Assembly: GCA_046073985.1 (NCBI GenBank)
Contig: JBJTNI010000027.1
Coordinates: forward strand, 64,052-128,051
Source of the DNA: Flavobacteriales bacterium
Lineage (GTDB): Bacteria > Bacteroidota > Bacteroidia > Flavobacteriales_D > Crocinitomicaceae
Length of the DNA stretch: 64,000 nucleotides
Direction of reading: 5' to 3'
Of the stretch, positions 51,301-60,825 are shown piece by piece. The translations under genes and the position numbers were made by a program. The notes under the pieces were generated by a model that was not told the DNA's origin, searched no databases, and saw only the letters and a list, made by a program, of their open reading frames with translations. Numbering within the stretch: the stretch's first letter is position 1; each line of letters starts with the position of its first letter.

Positions 51301-52177
51301 TCAAATACAATTTGAACAGCAAACCAATAAAATTTACAGAGGTCAAGCAAGTATCGTAAACGGTTACTTTGACTTTGAGTTTATAGTACCAAAAGACATT
51401 GCACTGAATGTCGACCATGGCAAAATCAGTTATTATGGTCATAACGGTGTTATTGATGCGCAAGGATTTGATACAAGTTTTTTTGTGGGTGGTATTGATC
51501 CGAACGGAGTACAAGACAACCAGGGTCCGGAAATTACGCTGTTCATGAACGAGGTTGGTTTTGTAAATGGCTCCATTACCGATGAGAATCCAGTCCTGCT
51601 TGCAAAAATTCAAGACGACAACGGGGTAAATACAGTTGGCAATGGTATTGGTCATGACATTGTGGCCATACTCGATGGCCAGACAGCAAAGCCTTATGTG
51701 CTCAATGATTTCTATACTGCAAATTTAAATTCGTACCAATCAGGTGAAGTGCGCTACCAGTTCAAAGATTTAGCGCCTGGAAAACATACCCTAGAACTCA
51801 AAGTTTGGGACGTTAATAACAATTCAAACCTCGCACAGATTGAGTTTGTTGTGCAACAAAAAGAAACTCCTGCGCTAGATCACGTGCTCAATTACCCTAA
51901 TCCGTTCACTACGCGCACGGAATTTATGTTCGAACACAACCAATCTTGTTCAAGTTTATCAGTTCAAGTTCAAATATTTACCGTAGCCGGACGTTTAGTG
52001 AAAACCATCCAACAAGAAGTACCTACTGCTGGTTTCCGTGTAGCAGGAATTTTTTGGGATGGTCGCGATGATTTTGGCGATGAACTTGCGAGGGGTACAT
52101 ACTTGTATCGATTAAGTATCCAAACCCCTGATGGTGCCTTTGCTGAGCAGACCGAAAAACTTGTTTTGTTGAAATAG
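48350..52177 (+). CDS. porU: type IX secretion system sortase PorU (C25 peptidase-like)
   Basis: 1275-aa secreted protein, gingipain-like catalytic region (YIGHGGEVGLA...SATCEF), retained CTD (LNYPNPFT...LYRLSI). Directly followed by porV. Confidence 0.85.
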   Translation: MNYFKLLIFLLCFSRFEATQAQIQKITLEWTDSATAVYGSVQTIVKTIKGYSLDLNKPFFAIQQAHKSKNGSVEILNIQTEKLSESEQQQYEKLDVRFNADFEIEAKIVSEAGKPLLSIYGIGIRSLNGQLERLISFEVSVTNQATFTNKDYAAHSVLGSTSGKWYKIGVTRDGIYKLDKSFLTSCGINTAQLNPQHIHIFGNGEGVIAELNSVPFTDDLAQNAIQIIGEGDGQFNDNDYVLFYGWGPHRWDVVSGGLFNQIRHPYSDVSYYFIYVGSDIAPLRISQAGAIDTPADTVITNYMYRDAYENDLVNLVKGGQRWYGEEFDVNLSQNFNFSVPNIVNEPVKFQVSYASNSRSTGNIFKLKKGSAVIGQMPMPFSSSNFQRGILQCNDSTPSTNLNLTIEIDRLNPNIVTNLDRIQLHAKRNLVMAGNQINFRASSWSMSTGVAAYQISGVNQNAFVWDISDKHSPVLMPKQFANATLNFKTEVGYKEFVAATGAAYFTPEFVATVAFQDLHGLPQADYLMVAHPDFTAQANRLAELHRANGLTVHVVAPQAIYNEFSSGMQDPAAIRRFAKMFYDRALATDPATKPKYLLLFGDGTYDPKNRLANNNNFIVTYQLPSSENMIEAMVVDDFFGMLDDNEAIGASDIMDIGVGRLIVSTNLQAKQMVDKIEHYMKNGSDFYPVGNSCCMGTQTDKTFGDWRLQYILMADNREWGQFVDTDAEPQYTIGHGYSPEMNFNKLYMDAFPKVVTAGGERFPAMMDAIDANIQRGVLVANYIGHGGEVGLADERIVTIDQVNAWNNIHALHLFVSATCEFTRFDDPERVSAGEWVFLNPTGGAIAMLTTTRSVYFGVNTTIGIELMERIFNRYPDGQAYEFGELSRRTKNAASSSNSNKRSFTLIGDPALRLALPRYRIVTDSINGLSAAQQMDTLKALSKARVKGHIEDYNGNILSSWNGTLTPTIFDKPKLQNTLAQDEESPQIQFEQQTNKIYRGQASIVNGYFDFEFIVPKDIALNVDHGKISYYGHNGVIDAQGFDTSFFVGGIDPNGVQDNQGPEITLFMNEVGFVNGSITDENPVLLAKIQDDNGVNTVGNGIGHDIVAILDGQTAKPYVLNDFYTANLNSYQSGEVRYQFKDLAPGKHTLELKVWDVNNNSNLAQIEFVVQQKETPALDHVLNYPNPFTTRTEFMFEHNQSCSSLSVQVQIFTVAGRLVKTIQQEVPTAGFRVAGIFWDGRDDFGDELARGTYLYRLSIQTPDGAFAEQTEKLVLLK

Positions 52178-52201
52178 AAATTTCATATCTTTACCCTCCC
52201 T

Positions 52202-53464
52202 ATGAAAAGAATCTTTTCCCTGTATTTTAAAATTGCTTGTGGTTTATTTCTGGCCACTTCAAACGCTTGGGCACAGCCAACAGGCGGATCAGGCGTTACG
52301 GACAACGACCTTCAGCTCAATACATTAACCACTTCCTTGCCTTTTATGGCCATTACCCCTGATTCAAGAGCAGGAGGAATGGGAGACGCCGGTACGGCCC
52401 TGAGTGCTAGTTCAACATCGATTTACTGGAATACTTCCATTTTGAGTTTTGCCAAACAAAAATCTGAAGTCAGTTTATCATACACTCCGTGGTTGCGCCA
52501 ACTTACCAATGACATTCATTTATCTTATTTAGCAGGCTATAAGCAGATTAACAAAGTGCATACCATTGGTGGTTCCTTGCGTTATTTCAGTTTGGGTGAA
52601 ATCACTTTTACAGATATCAATGGCGATGAGCTCCGCGAAGACAAACCTTCTGAATTCGAACTCACCGGAGCCTATGCTTTCAAGTTGGCAGAAAAATTCA
52701 GCATCGGCGTCAATGGAAAGTTTGCCTACTCAAATTTGACCGGTGGTTTAACAGTTGCCGGAGTGAACACAAAACCCGGAGTCGTTGGTGCATCCGACTT
52801 ATCTTTTAGTTACTACAACGACGACGCAAAGCTGGGCAACACAGATGGTGTCTATACTTTTGGACTCACCGTTAACAATATCGGAAATAAAGTTGCATAC
52901 TCTGAATTATCAAGACGTGATTTCATTCCAATGAACCTTAAAATTGGAAACAGTTTCTTGGCCGAATTTGACGAATACAACAAAGTGACATTCTCATTAG
53001 ACTTGCAAAGGTTGTTAGTACCTACGCCAGCGTTTTATCAAGTTCAAAATGGCGAATACGTGATGCTTGCCGGCATGAGCGGTGATGTAGGTGTGGTAAA
53101 ATCAATTTTACAGTCATTCTATGATGCACCTGGTGTATTGGCCAAAGACGAAAACGGCGATTACATTCAATTGGCCGATGGCAGCTATGAAGTCGTAAAA
53201 GGTACTAGACTCAAAGAAGAACTTGCAGAAATCAATATTGCAGGTGGAGTAGAATGGTGGTACAGCGATGTCTTGGCACTCAGAGGTGGTGTTTTTTATG
53301 AAAATAAAAGCAAAGGTAATCGTCAGTTCTTGAATTTAGGCGCCTCTTTGAAGTACAATATGTTCGCTATTGATTTTTCATATTTAGCCTCATTGAACGG
53401 ACGCCAGAGTCCGCTTGCCAATACTTTGCGTTTCACCTTGCGCCTGAATCTTGGAGGAAATTAA
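52202..53464 (+). CDS. porV: type IX secretion outer-membrane shuttle PorV (LptO)
   Basis: Signal peptide, SLPFMAITPDSRAGGMGDAG N-terminal signature, beta-barrel. Conserved porU-porV pairing. Confidence 0.85.
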   Translation: MKRIFSLYFKIACGLFLATSNAWAQPTGGSGVTDNDLQLNTLTTSLPFMAITPDSRAGGMGDAGTALSASSTSIYWNTSILSFAKQKSEVSLSYTPWLRQLTNDIHLSYLAGYKQINKVHTIGGSLRYFSLGEITFTDINGDELREDKPSEFELTGAYAFKLAEKFSIGVNGKFAYSNLTGGLTVAGVNTKPGVVGASDLSFSYYNDDAKLGNTDGVYTFGLTVNNIGNKVAYSELSRRDFIPMNLKIGNSFLAEFDEYNKVTFSLDLQRLLVPTPAFYQVQNGEYVMLAGMSGDVGVVKSILQSFYDAPGVLAKDENGDYIQLADGSYEVVKGTRLKEELAEINIAGGVEWWYSDVLALRGGVFYENKSKGNRQFLNLGASLKYNMFAIDFSYLASLNGRQSPLANTLRFTLRLNLGGN

Positions 53465-53465
53465 C

Positions 53466-53951
53466 ATGAAGCCAAACATCAGAATTGGTTATGGAGTTGA
53501 TGTTCACCAACTAGCTGAAGGCTATCCACTATGGATTGGCGGCATCCAGCTCGATGCACCCTACGGCGCAGTTGGCCATTCTGATGCAGATGTTTTATTG
53601 CACGCCATTTGTGACGCACTATTAGGTGCATTGGCACTCAGGGATATTGGTTTTCATTTTTCAGACCAAGACCCGCAATACAAAGGAATAGATTCCAAAA
53701 TTTTGCTCGAGCGCGTCTTTGCCCTGATTCAAGATAAGGGGTATGGCATTATCAATATTGATGCAACAGTTATTCTAGAAGCACCAAAAGTGAATCCACA
53801 TATTGCGCAAATGCAGTCCGTCATTGCCTCTATTTTGTCTATAGAAACCCAGGACATCAGCATTAAGGCAACTACCCATGAAAAAGTGGATTCATTTGGC
53901 GAGAAACGCGCCATCAAAGCCTACGCCGTAGCGCTCCTTTATCAACTTTAG
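53466..53951 (+). CDS. ispF: 2-C-methyl-D-erythritol 2,4-cyclodiphosphate synthase
   Basis: GYGVDVH and GHSDADVLLHAICDALLGA motifs. Confidence 0.95.
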   Translation: MKPNIRIGYGVDVHQLAEGYPLWIGGIQLDAPYGAVGHSDADVLLHAICDALLGALALRDIGFHFSDQDPQYKGIDSKILLERVFALIQDKGYGIINIDATVILEAPKVNPHIAQMQSVIASILSIETQDISIKATTHEKVDSFGEKRAIKAYAVALLYQL

Positions 53952-53966
53952 GTTCGGTTACTTCCG

Positions 53967-54593
53967 CTAAGGAACCAATTGTACATAGACCACTTGCTTG
54001 GTCTCAAAAAATGCTTCTTGGTAAAATTCAGCAATCGGATAGCATTTGGTCGGATACTTGAGTCCCGAGAGCTCTTCTGTTAAATCACCACCTTTCAAGT
54101 AAAGAATGCCGTTTTTGTGTTCGTGTAGGTTCTTTGGTTTGCTTTTGCCTTTGATCCAGGTTAAGAATACGGGCATCTGGGTTACCGCACGGCTCACAAT
54201 AAAGTCATAGCGATCTTTAATTTGTTCGGCTCTACAATGGGTGGTGGTCACGTTTTTAAGGCCAAGGCTTTGCGCAACTTCCTGGACAACTTTTATTTTT
54301 TTTCCAATAGAATCAACCAAATGAAATGACACATCTGGAAATAAAATTGCCAGTGGTATACCCGGGAAGCCACCACCGGTTCCAATATCTAAAACTGAGC
54401 TACCCGGAATGAACGCTTGAATTTTGGCAATTGCCAATGAATGCAAAACGTGCCTTTCCATGAAATGATCCGTATCTTTTCTGGAGATGACGTTGATTTG
54501 GGCATTCCAGTATGCGTATAGCTCGGGTAATTGCGCAAACTGATTTTTTTGTTGCTCGGTCAGATTTGGGAAATAGCGCTCAATTAGCTCCAT
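53967..54593 (-). CDS. rsmG: 16S rRNA (guanine527-N7)-methyltransferase RsmG
   Basis: LDIGTGGGFPGIPLAI SAM motif, 208 aa. Confidence 0.9.
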   Translation of the reverse strand: MELIERYFPNLTEQQKNQFAQLPELYAYWNAQINVISRKDTDHFMERHVLHSLAIAKIQAFIPGSSVLDIGTGGGFPGIPLAILFPDVSFHLVDSIGKKIKVVQEVAQSLGLKNVTTTHCRAEQIKDRYDFIVSRAVTQMPVFLTWIKGKSKPKNLHEHKNGILYLKGGDLTEELSGLKYPTKCYPIAEFYQEAFFETKQVVYVQLVP

Positions 54594-55198
54594 TAAATAC
54601 TGTCTTTGGTTTGTTGCATCATGGCAGCAAGAAAATCTCGGGCTCTGAAGAGTTGCGCTTTTACGGTTCCTAATGGAAGGTCCATTTCTTCGGCAATTTC
54701 CTCGTAACTTTTTTCTTCGAAGTAGCGTTTTTCTACGAGTTCTCGGTATTTAGGCTTGAGTTTACTCACTAACAAACGCATGTGCACTAATCTTTGGCCA
54801 TGAATGATACTTTCTTCCGGATTCAGTGTTTGCGATTTGGCATCGATGCGCATGCGCTCACCGTCATTGGTAGTAATGCCACGGTCAATCGAAGTGACTT
54901 CAATGCGTTTTTTACGAATGAAATCAATACAGTTATTGGAAGCAATTTTGAACAACCAAGTACTGAAAGCAAAACTTGGCGAATATTGGTCAAGACGAGC
55001 AAAAGCTTTTCCGAATGCTTCAATGGTAAGGTCGTCGGCGTCGTCTTGATTTTTAACCATTTTGAGCATCATGAAATAAATCGAATCGCGGTAGCGATCC
55101 ATGAGCTCGGCATAGGCACTTTGACTTCCGCTTCTGGCTGCCGTCACCAGATGAAGATCTTGTTTGGCTTTTTCTGATAAATGCTCGTTTTCTACCAT
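54593..55198 (-). CDS. RNA polymerase sigma-70 family factor (ECF-type); no adjacent anti-sigma gene
   Basis: Region 2 (FSTWLFKIASNNCIDFIRKK) and region 4 HTH (SYEEIAEEMDLPLGTVKAQL). Start taken at MVENEHL. Confidence 0.85.
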   Translation of the reverse strand: MVENEHLSEKAKQDLHLVTAARSGSQSAYAELMDRYRDSIYFMMLKMVKNQDDADDLTIEAFGKAFARLDQYSPSFAFSTWLFKIASNNCIDFIRKKRIEVTSIDRGITTNDGERMRIDAKSQTLNPEESIIHGQRLVHMRLLVSKLKPKYRELVEKRYFEEKSYEEIAEEMDLPLGTVKAQLFRARDFLAAMMQQTKDSI

Positions 55199-56328
55199 CG
55201 GTAATACTTTTGCCTTTCGGATATGTAATAAATGACGGGCATTAGAATGCTGTGCAAGAGGTCCCAAAAAGGGAAGAATAAACCGAGTTTTTTCTCACCA
55301 AGTTTGCTCAATCCACGACCCTGCAACCACCATTTAATGACCAGTGTACTCAAAAAGACTCCGCCACTTATCGGAAGGAAGTCTTTATTGAACAGCAAAG
55401 CAACAAAAGATATCCATAGTAAAACCACACTTGCCGGATAGATTCCTAACAATAGTCTTTTAATAAAGCTGTAACGCGCCGCTGTAGCATGGTGTTTGGC
55501 CTTCTGACGCAACCAGGCACTCCAGGTTTTTGGAGCATGAGCATGTACAAAAGCATTGGTTTCGGTGCATAATGCAGGTTTGGTAAAGCGCACGGCATCA
55601 TTTAAGAACAGATCGTCATCACCGGGAATGATGGCATAATGGTTTTTAAAACCGTTTGTTTTTTGAAAAATCTGTTTGCTATAGGCAATGTTTCGTCCAT
55701 TGGCTCTGTAGGGTAAGTTGCCAAGTGCGTAAGCATGAGACGAGGCCGCAAGCCAGGTGTTGTCATAACGAACCAACCTGTTCAAAAACCCTTTTTCTTT
55801 GGAAAAAGGACTGTATCCAATGACGAGCTCGTGTTGTGCATCTTGGGCAGACATCATTTCTTTTAACCAAGAACTCGACGCCGGTTTGCAATCTGCATCA
55901 GTGAGCACAAAATGTTCGTGTTTAGCAGCTTTGATGGCAAGTGTAATTGGTAATTTTTTACCAGGTCTGAGGTGCGGACTCTTGCTCAGTTCAACAACTT
56001 TTAGTCGCGGAAATTGTCTGGCAAATGCGATTAAGATCCAGTTGCTGTCGTCAATACTTTGGTTGTTGACTACAATAACTTCAAAATCAGGGTAATCTTG
56101 ACACAGTATATGCGGCAAGTTTTCATAGAGGTTGTCAGATTCATTACGCGCGGCAATGATCACAGAAACAGGCGGAAAATGCCCTTGAAGCGGGCTATTT
56201 TTCTTTTTAAAAAAAGTCCAGCGCGCGTAATATTGAAAGGTGTAATAAAGTTGTACTAGTGCCAAAAGACATAGTAGTACAAACAATAGCGTCCAGTAAT
56301 CTGGTTTAAAATTTGGTATGAGTTCCAT
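55192..56328 (-). CDS. family 2 glycosyltransferase, membrane-associated
   Basis: VSVIIAARNE and TDADC (DxD) motifs with N- and C-terminal TM helices. Confidence 0.8.
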   Translation of the reverse strand: MELIPNFKPDYWTLLFVLLCLLALVQLYYTFQYYARWTFFKKKNSPLQGHFPPVSVIIAARNESDNLYENLPHILCQDYPDFEVIVVNNQSIDDSNWILIAFARQFPRLKVVELSKSPHLRPGKKLPITLAIKAAKHEHFVLTDADCKPASSSWLKEMMSAQDAQHELVIGYSPFSKEKGFLNRLVRYDNTWLAASSHAYALGNLPYRANGRNIAYSKQIFQKTNGFKNHYAIIPGDDDLFLNDAVRFTKPALCTETNAFVHAHAPKTWSAWLRQKAKHHATAARYSFIKRLLLGIYPASVVLLWISFVALLFNKDFLPISGGVFLSTLVIKWWLQGRGLSKLGEKKLGLFFPFWDLLHSILMPVIYYISERQKYYRW

Positions 56329-56367
56329 CTGTAGACTACAAAGATGTTCAGTCAAATCAAATACACG

Positions 56368-56375
56368 TATCTTTG
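56368..56375 (+). promoter_or_regulatory. -7 box TATCTTTG, 24 nt upstream of the tgt ATG at 56400
   Basis: Exact TAnnTTTG match. It overlaps the track's TTG start, which argues for the ATG at 56400. Confidence 0.5.
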
Positions 56376-56399
56376 CTTCAGGTATTTTTCAACATTTTT

Positions 56400-57530
56400 A
56401 TGCACTTTGACCTTTTACATCAAGATCCGCACTCGAAAGCTCGTTTAGGGAGGCTTCATACAGCACACGGCACGATAGAAACGCCCATCTTTATGCCCGT
56501 TGGCACGGTCGGTTCTGTTAAAGGTGTGCATCAACAAGAATTGCGCGACGACATCAATGCTCAAATTATTTTGGGCAATACCTACCATTTGTTTTTGCGC
56601 CCAGGTACAGAAGTTCTTGAAGCGGCAGGTGGTTTACACCAATTTATAGGTTGGGAGCGCCCTATTTTAACAGACAGCGGAGGTTATCAGGTTTATTCGC
56701 TCTCTGGCTCCAGAAAAATTCAAGAAGAAGGTGTCAAGTTTCAGTCTCATATCGACGGTAGTTATCATTTCTTTACACCCGAGCGCGCCATAGAAATTCA
56801 GCGCAGTATCGGTGCCGATATCATAATGGCCTTTGACGAATGTACGCCGTATCCTTGTGATTACGCTTATGCAAAACGTTCTATGCACCTCACTCATCGA
56901 TGGTTGCAGCGCTGTTTTGATGCAATGGATGCGACAGCACCAAAATATGGTTATGAACAAGCTTTGTTCCCGATAGTGCAAGGCAGTACTTACAAAGATT
57001 TAAGAGAAGCTTCTGCCCACGCTATTGCCGGATTTGACGCCGTCGGTAATGCCATCGGCGGCCTATCCGTAGGGGAGCCCGACGAAGATCTTTATGAAAT
57101 GACCGATTTAGTCTGTGGCATTTTACCCAAAGACAAACCGCGCTACCTTATGGGTGTCGGCACACCGATCAACTTATTGGAGTGTATCGCATTAGGTGTC
57201 GATATGTTTGATTGTGTGATGCCAAGTCGCAATGCAAGACACGGCCTATTGTATACATGGGAAGGCACCATCAATATCAAAAATGAAAAATGGGCTAAAG
57301 ACTTTTCGGCCATTGATCCGAGTAGCAAAGTTTGGGTAGACCAAGTCTACACCAAAGCTTATTTGCGTCACCTGATCAAAACTGGTGAATACCTTGGAGT
57401 ACAGATAGCAACCATTCATAATTTGGCATTTTATTTGGAGCTGATGCGTGTCGCACGCGAAAAAATTGCAAGTGGCGAGTTTGTAACTTGGAAAAATCAA
57501 GTCGTTCAAAAACTTGGTCAACGACTCTAA
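56400..57530 (+). CDS. tgt: tRNA-guanosine(34) transglycosylase
   Basis: LTDSGGYQV and GGLSVGEP motifs. In place of the usual zinc-site cysteines I read CVMPSRNARHG. Confidence 0.95.
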   Translation: MHFDLLHQDPHSKARLGRLHTAHGTIETPIFMPVGTVGSVKGVHQQELRDDINAQIILGNTYHLFLRPGTEVLEAAGGLHQFIGWERPILTDSGGYQVYSLSGSRKIQEEGVKFQSHIDGSYHFFTPERAIEIQRSIGADIIMAFDECTPYPCDYAYAKRSMHLTHRWLQRCFDAMDATAPKYGYEQALFPIVQGSTYKDLREASAHAIAGFDAVGNAIGGLSVGEPDEDLYEMTDLVCGILPKDKPRYLMGVGTPINLLECIALGVDMFDCVMPSRNARHGLLYTWEGTINIKNEKWAKDFSAIDPSSKVWVDQVYTKAYLRHLIKTGEYLGVQIATIHNLAFYLELMRVAREKIASGEFVTWKNQVVQKLGQRL

Positions 57531-57531
57531 C

Positions 57532-58608
57532 ATGCTCAAACGGATAGACCGCTATATCATCAAAAAATTTTTAGGCACGTTCTTTTTCATGCTCGGCCTG
57601 ATCATGTTGTTATCCGTCGTATTCGATATTTCAGAAAAGCTGAGCGAGTTTATATCGAATAAAGCACCCATCAACGAAATATTTTTCAAGTATTATGTGA
57701 CGTTTGTGCTGTATTATGGCAATACGTTTTCCTCCATGATTATTTTTTTATCGGTGATTTGGTTCACGGCTAAAATGGCTCAAGATACAGAAATTATTCC
57801 CATTTGGTTTTCCGGTAGGCCGGTATCCAGATTCCTAAGACCTTATTTCATTGGTGCCACCATATTGACATTTTTGTCTCTCATTTTGAACCATTTTATT
57901 GTGCCCAGAACAAACAAAGTGCGCTTGGCTTTTGAAGAAAAATATTACCGCGATGTTTTAACCGTAGATAATTATCAGGCCGAATATCCTGGGAATGAGT
58001 TGGTTTATTTCTCTAATTATTCTGGGCAAGATCAACGCATTCACGATCTTACTATACAAAAGTGGTCCAAGGATCAAAAGCCAATTTACTTTTTAAGGGC
58101 ACGATTTGCACAAAATAAGCCAGGCACTGATCAATGGAAGCTCACCGATTATTACGAAAAAGACTATCGTTTTCCGAAAGGACTTTTAGTACATGGGCAA
58201 ACAAAAGACACTACCTTTAGTTACCGCATTGACGAAATGGCTCAAAGAGACAACGCTGCACAAGCTTTGACCTACTCTGAGTTGACCGCTGCAATTGAAA
58301 GAGAAAAAATAAAAGGTTCCAAGTTGGTTCCGGAATTTGAAATTGAATTGCACACCAGAACAGCCTTTCCTTTTGCAACGTATATCCTCACAATAATTGG
58401 GGTTTCTGTAGCGTCTCAAAAGAAACGTGGGGGCATAGGTCTGGACATCGCGATTGGTTTAGCGTTTGTCTTTGTTTACATTTTTGCCATGAAAATGCTT
58501 ACTGTAGCAGCAACAAATGTCGGTTTTTCGGCCTTTGTGGCAGTCTGGTTGCCCAACATGCTTTTTGCAATCATTGCATTGGTTTTTTACAGGCGGGCTC
58601 AAAAATAA
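57532..58608 (+). CDS. LptF/LptG-family permease
   Basis: MLKRIDRYIIKKFLGTFFF N-terminus, 6-TM profile with a periplasmic insert. Confidence 0.85.
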   Translation: MLKRIDRYIIKKFLGTFFFMLGLIMLLSVVFDISEKLSEFISNKAPINEIFFKYYVTFVLYYGNTFSSMIIFLSVIWFTAKMAQDTEIIPIWFSGRPVSRFLRPYFIGATILTFLSLILNHFIVPRTNKVRLAFEEKYYRDVLTVDNYQAEYPGNELVYFSNYSGQDQRIHDLTIQKWSKDQKPIYFLRARFAQNKPGTDQWKLTDYYEKDYRFPKGLLVHGQTKDTTFSYRIDEMAQRDNAAQALTYSELTAAIEREKIKGSKLVPEFEIELHTRTAFPFATYILTIIGVSVASQKKRGGIGLDIAIGLAFVFVYIFAMKMLTVAATNVGFSAFVAVWLPNMLFAIIALVFYRRAQK

Positions 58609-59528
58609 TGCTGCCAAGCGCCTAACACAATACGTAGCCCATCAGAAGCAGCTACAACGTTTTTATGAAGTTGTCTGGCTTCCTCTAAGTGCAGTGCAGC
58701 ATCTTCGTATCTCGATGAAAAATGCCCTAAAATCAAGTACTTACACTGTGCCTCAAGTGCTTGTTTTGCTGCTTGTAGCGCCGTTGAATGATAAGTAGTT
58801 TTGGCGCGTTCTTTATGTTGTTCCGTAAAGGTAGCCTCGTGGTAGAGTAAATCACAATCTTTAATTGCTTCAAGGTAAGCCGCAGCTGGTTTAGTATCAG
58901 AACAATAGGCATAGCTATAGCTTGGTAAAGCAGGCAGGGTGTAATCTTCGAAAAGATAAATGCGGCCATCACGCTCTATATTTTGACCTGCTTTTAGTTT
59001 GGGTAGGTCTTCGATAAGCAAAGCATCTTTTGCAATTGCAGCTTTATCAAGATTGAGTAATTTGGGCTTCTCAGATATCTTGTAGCCTAACGTTGGAATG
59101 CGGTGCTTTAATGCGAAAGCCTCTATTTGGATGAGTCGGTCTTCAAATATAAGGTTGCAAGGCCCCGGTTCCAATTCGTGAAATACGAGGTTAAATTGGA
59201 TCGGATGACCACCGGCCTCTAGCATATTTTTAATCAGATTTTCAAGCCCAGGAGGGCCAAAAATATCGAGGCGTTTGTCGCGCCCCAACAAGTGCATCGT
59301 GGAAAGTAGTCCAGGAAGGCCAAAAAAATGATCGCCATGCAGATGAGATATGAGTATCAGTTGGATTTTCTGAAGTTTCAGACCAAATTTGCGGAGTTGT
59401 TGTTGGGTGCCTTCTGCACAATCAATAAGAATGTGCCTTTCATTGCAATTGACGTATTGGGCACTTGCACTGCGCTGTGCTGTAGGTAAGGCTGCACCTG
59501 AACCAAGAATATGAACTTCGAAACTCAC
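58599..59528 (-). CDS. rnz: ribonuclease Z
   Basis: MBL-fold HLHGDH motif, 309 aa. Confidence 0.9.
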   Translation of the reverse strand: MSFEVHILGSGAALPTAQRSASAQYVNCNERHILIDCAEGTQQQLRKFGLKLQKIQLILISHLHGDHFFGLPGLLSTMHLLGRDKRLDIFGPPGLENLIKNMLEAGGHPIQFNLVFHELEPGPCNLIFEDRLIQIEAFALKHRIPTLGYKISEKPKLLNLDKAAIAKDALLIEDLPKLKAGQNIERDGRIYLFEDYTLPALPSYSYAYCSDTKPAAAYLEAIKDCDLLYHEATFTEQHKERAKTTYHSTALQAAKQALEAQCKYLILGHFSSRYEDAALHLEEARQLHKNVVAASDGLRIVLGAWQHYF

Positions 59529-59866
59529 TTGGCCAGTAAGTCTAGGGCTTCATTTTTAGAGAGTCCTATGGAAAGAACTTTGTCGAGTTGAGCAATTTCA
59601 ACCAATTTACGGACGTTTGGTTGTAAGCCACTAAGTGCAAAAGCGCCGTTGGTGTCCTTGCAGAGTCGGTTGGCAATGAGCACAGCAGAAAGCCCAGAAG
59701 AATCACAGTATTTGGTTTTACTGAGGTCAAGAACGATGAAGTTGGTTCCTATTTTATTGAGTTGCAGAAAATGAGCTTTTAATTCAGGCGCATTATTGGC
59801 ATCTAGTTTTTCAACTTCACAGGTCACAATAACTATTTCTCCTTGAGGGTCTACCGAAAAATTCAT
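59525..59866 (-). CDS. STAS-domain protein (anti-sigma-factor antagonist-like)
   Basis: DSSGL motif with a candidate phospho-Ser. ATG at 59866; a TTG at 59884 is also possible. Confidence 0.75.
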   Translation of the reverse strand: MNFSVDPQGEIVIVTCEVEKLDANNAPELKAHFLQLNKIGTNFIVLDLSKTKYCDSSGLSAVLIANRLCKDTNGAFALSGLQPNVRKLVEIAQLDKVLSIGLSKNEALDLLAK

Positions 59867-59895
59867 TGACAATGATTTAGTCAAAAGTAGAAAAA

Positions 59896-60825
59896 TTATC
59901 TTTCGATTTTGGCGGCAAGTAAATAAATCACGGCCATGCGAACAGCCACACCGTTTTCAACTTGATCGAGAATGATACTTTGCTTTGAATCAGCGACATC
60001 GCTAGTGATCTCGACGCCGCGGTTAATCGGACCTGGGTGCATGACAATAATTTCTTTCGAAAGGCTGTCAAGCAGTTCTTTGTTGAGTCCAAAAAGCGCA
60101 GCGTATTCGCGCAAGGAAGGGAAGAATTTGATGTCCTGACGCTCGAGCTGGATGCGTAGTATATTGGCGACATCGCACCACTCTAGGGCCTCGCGTAGGT
60201 TGTGCGAAACTTGAACACCAAGCTCTGAAATATATTTTGGGATGAGTGTACTTGGGCCACAAACCATGACCTCGGCACCTAATTTCTGAAGACAATAAAT
60301 ATTGCTCAGGGCAACTCTTGAGTGCAAGATATCTCCTACGATAACTACTTTTTTACCTTCAACTGAACCTAATTTTTCTCGGATAGAGAAGGCGTCAAGC
60401 AGCGCTTGGGTAGGGTGCTCGTGAGTGCCGTCTCCGGCATTGACCACTCTTGCTTTGATTTTTTGAGATAGGAATTTAGCTGCACCCGGATTCGGATGAC
60501 GCATGACTACCATATCTACTTTCATCGCCAAAATATTATTGACGGTATCAACAAGTGTTTCGCCTTTTTTGACTGAAGAGCCTGCCGCACTGAAATTGAC
60601 AACATCGGCAGAAAGTCTTTTCTCTGCTAATTCAAATGACAAGCGTGTACGGGTGGAGTTCTCAAAAAACACGTTGGCGATGGTGATGTCGCGCAGGGAA
60701 GGCACCTTTTTAATGGGCCTGTTGATCACTTCTTTGAAACGGGATGCTGTATCGAGGATGAGTTCGATATCTTGACGACTGAGGTCAATGATGCCTGTAA
60801 GATGATCAACGCTGAGCTGTTTCAT
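59896..60825 (-). CDS. pyrB: aspartate carbamoyltransferase catalytic subunit
   Basis: STRTRLSFE and HPTQAL motifs. Start taken at MKQLSVDHL. Confidence 0.95.
   Translation of the reverse strand: MKQLSVDHLTGIIDLSRQDIELILDTASRFKEVINRPIKKVPSLRDITIANVFFENSTRTRLSFELAEKRLSADVVNFSAAGSSVKKGETLVDTVNNILAMKVDMVVMRHPNPGAAKFLSQKIKARVVNAGDGTHEHPTQALLDAFSIREKLGSVEGKKVVIVGDILHSRVALSNIYCLQKLGAEVMVCGPSTLIPKYISELGVQVSHNLREALEWCDVANILRIQLERQDIKFFPSLREYAALFGLNKELLDSLSKEIIVMHPGPINRGVEITSDVADSKQSIILDQVENGVAVRMAVIYLLAAKIER

Noticed and set aside
54794-55177. 127-aa ORF antisense to the sigma-factor gene
   Set aside because: Shadow ORF inside a well-supported sigma-70 family CDS; no signals of its own.
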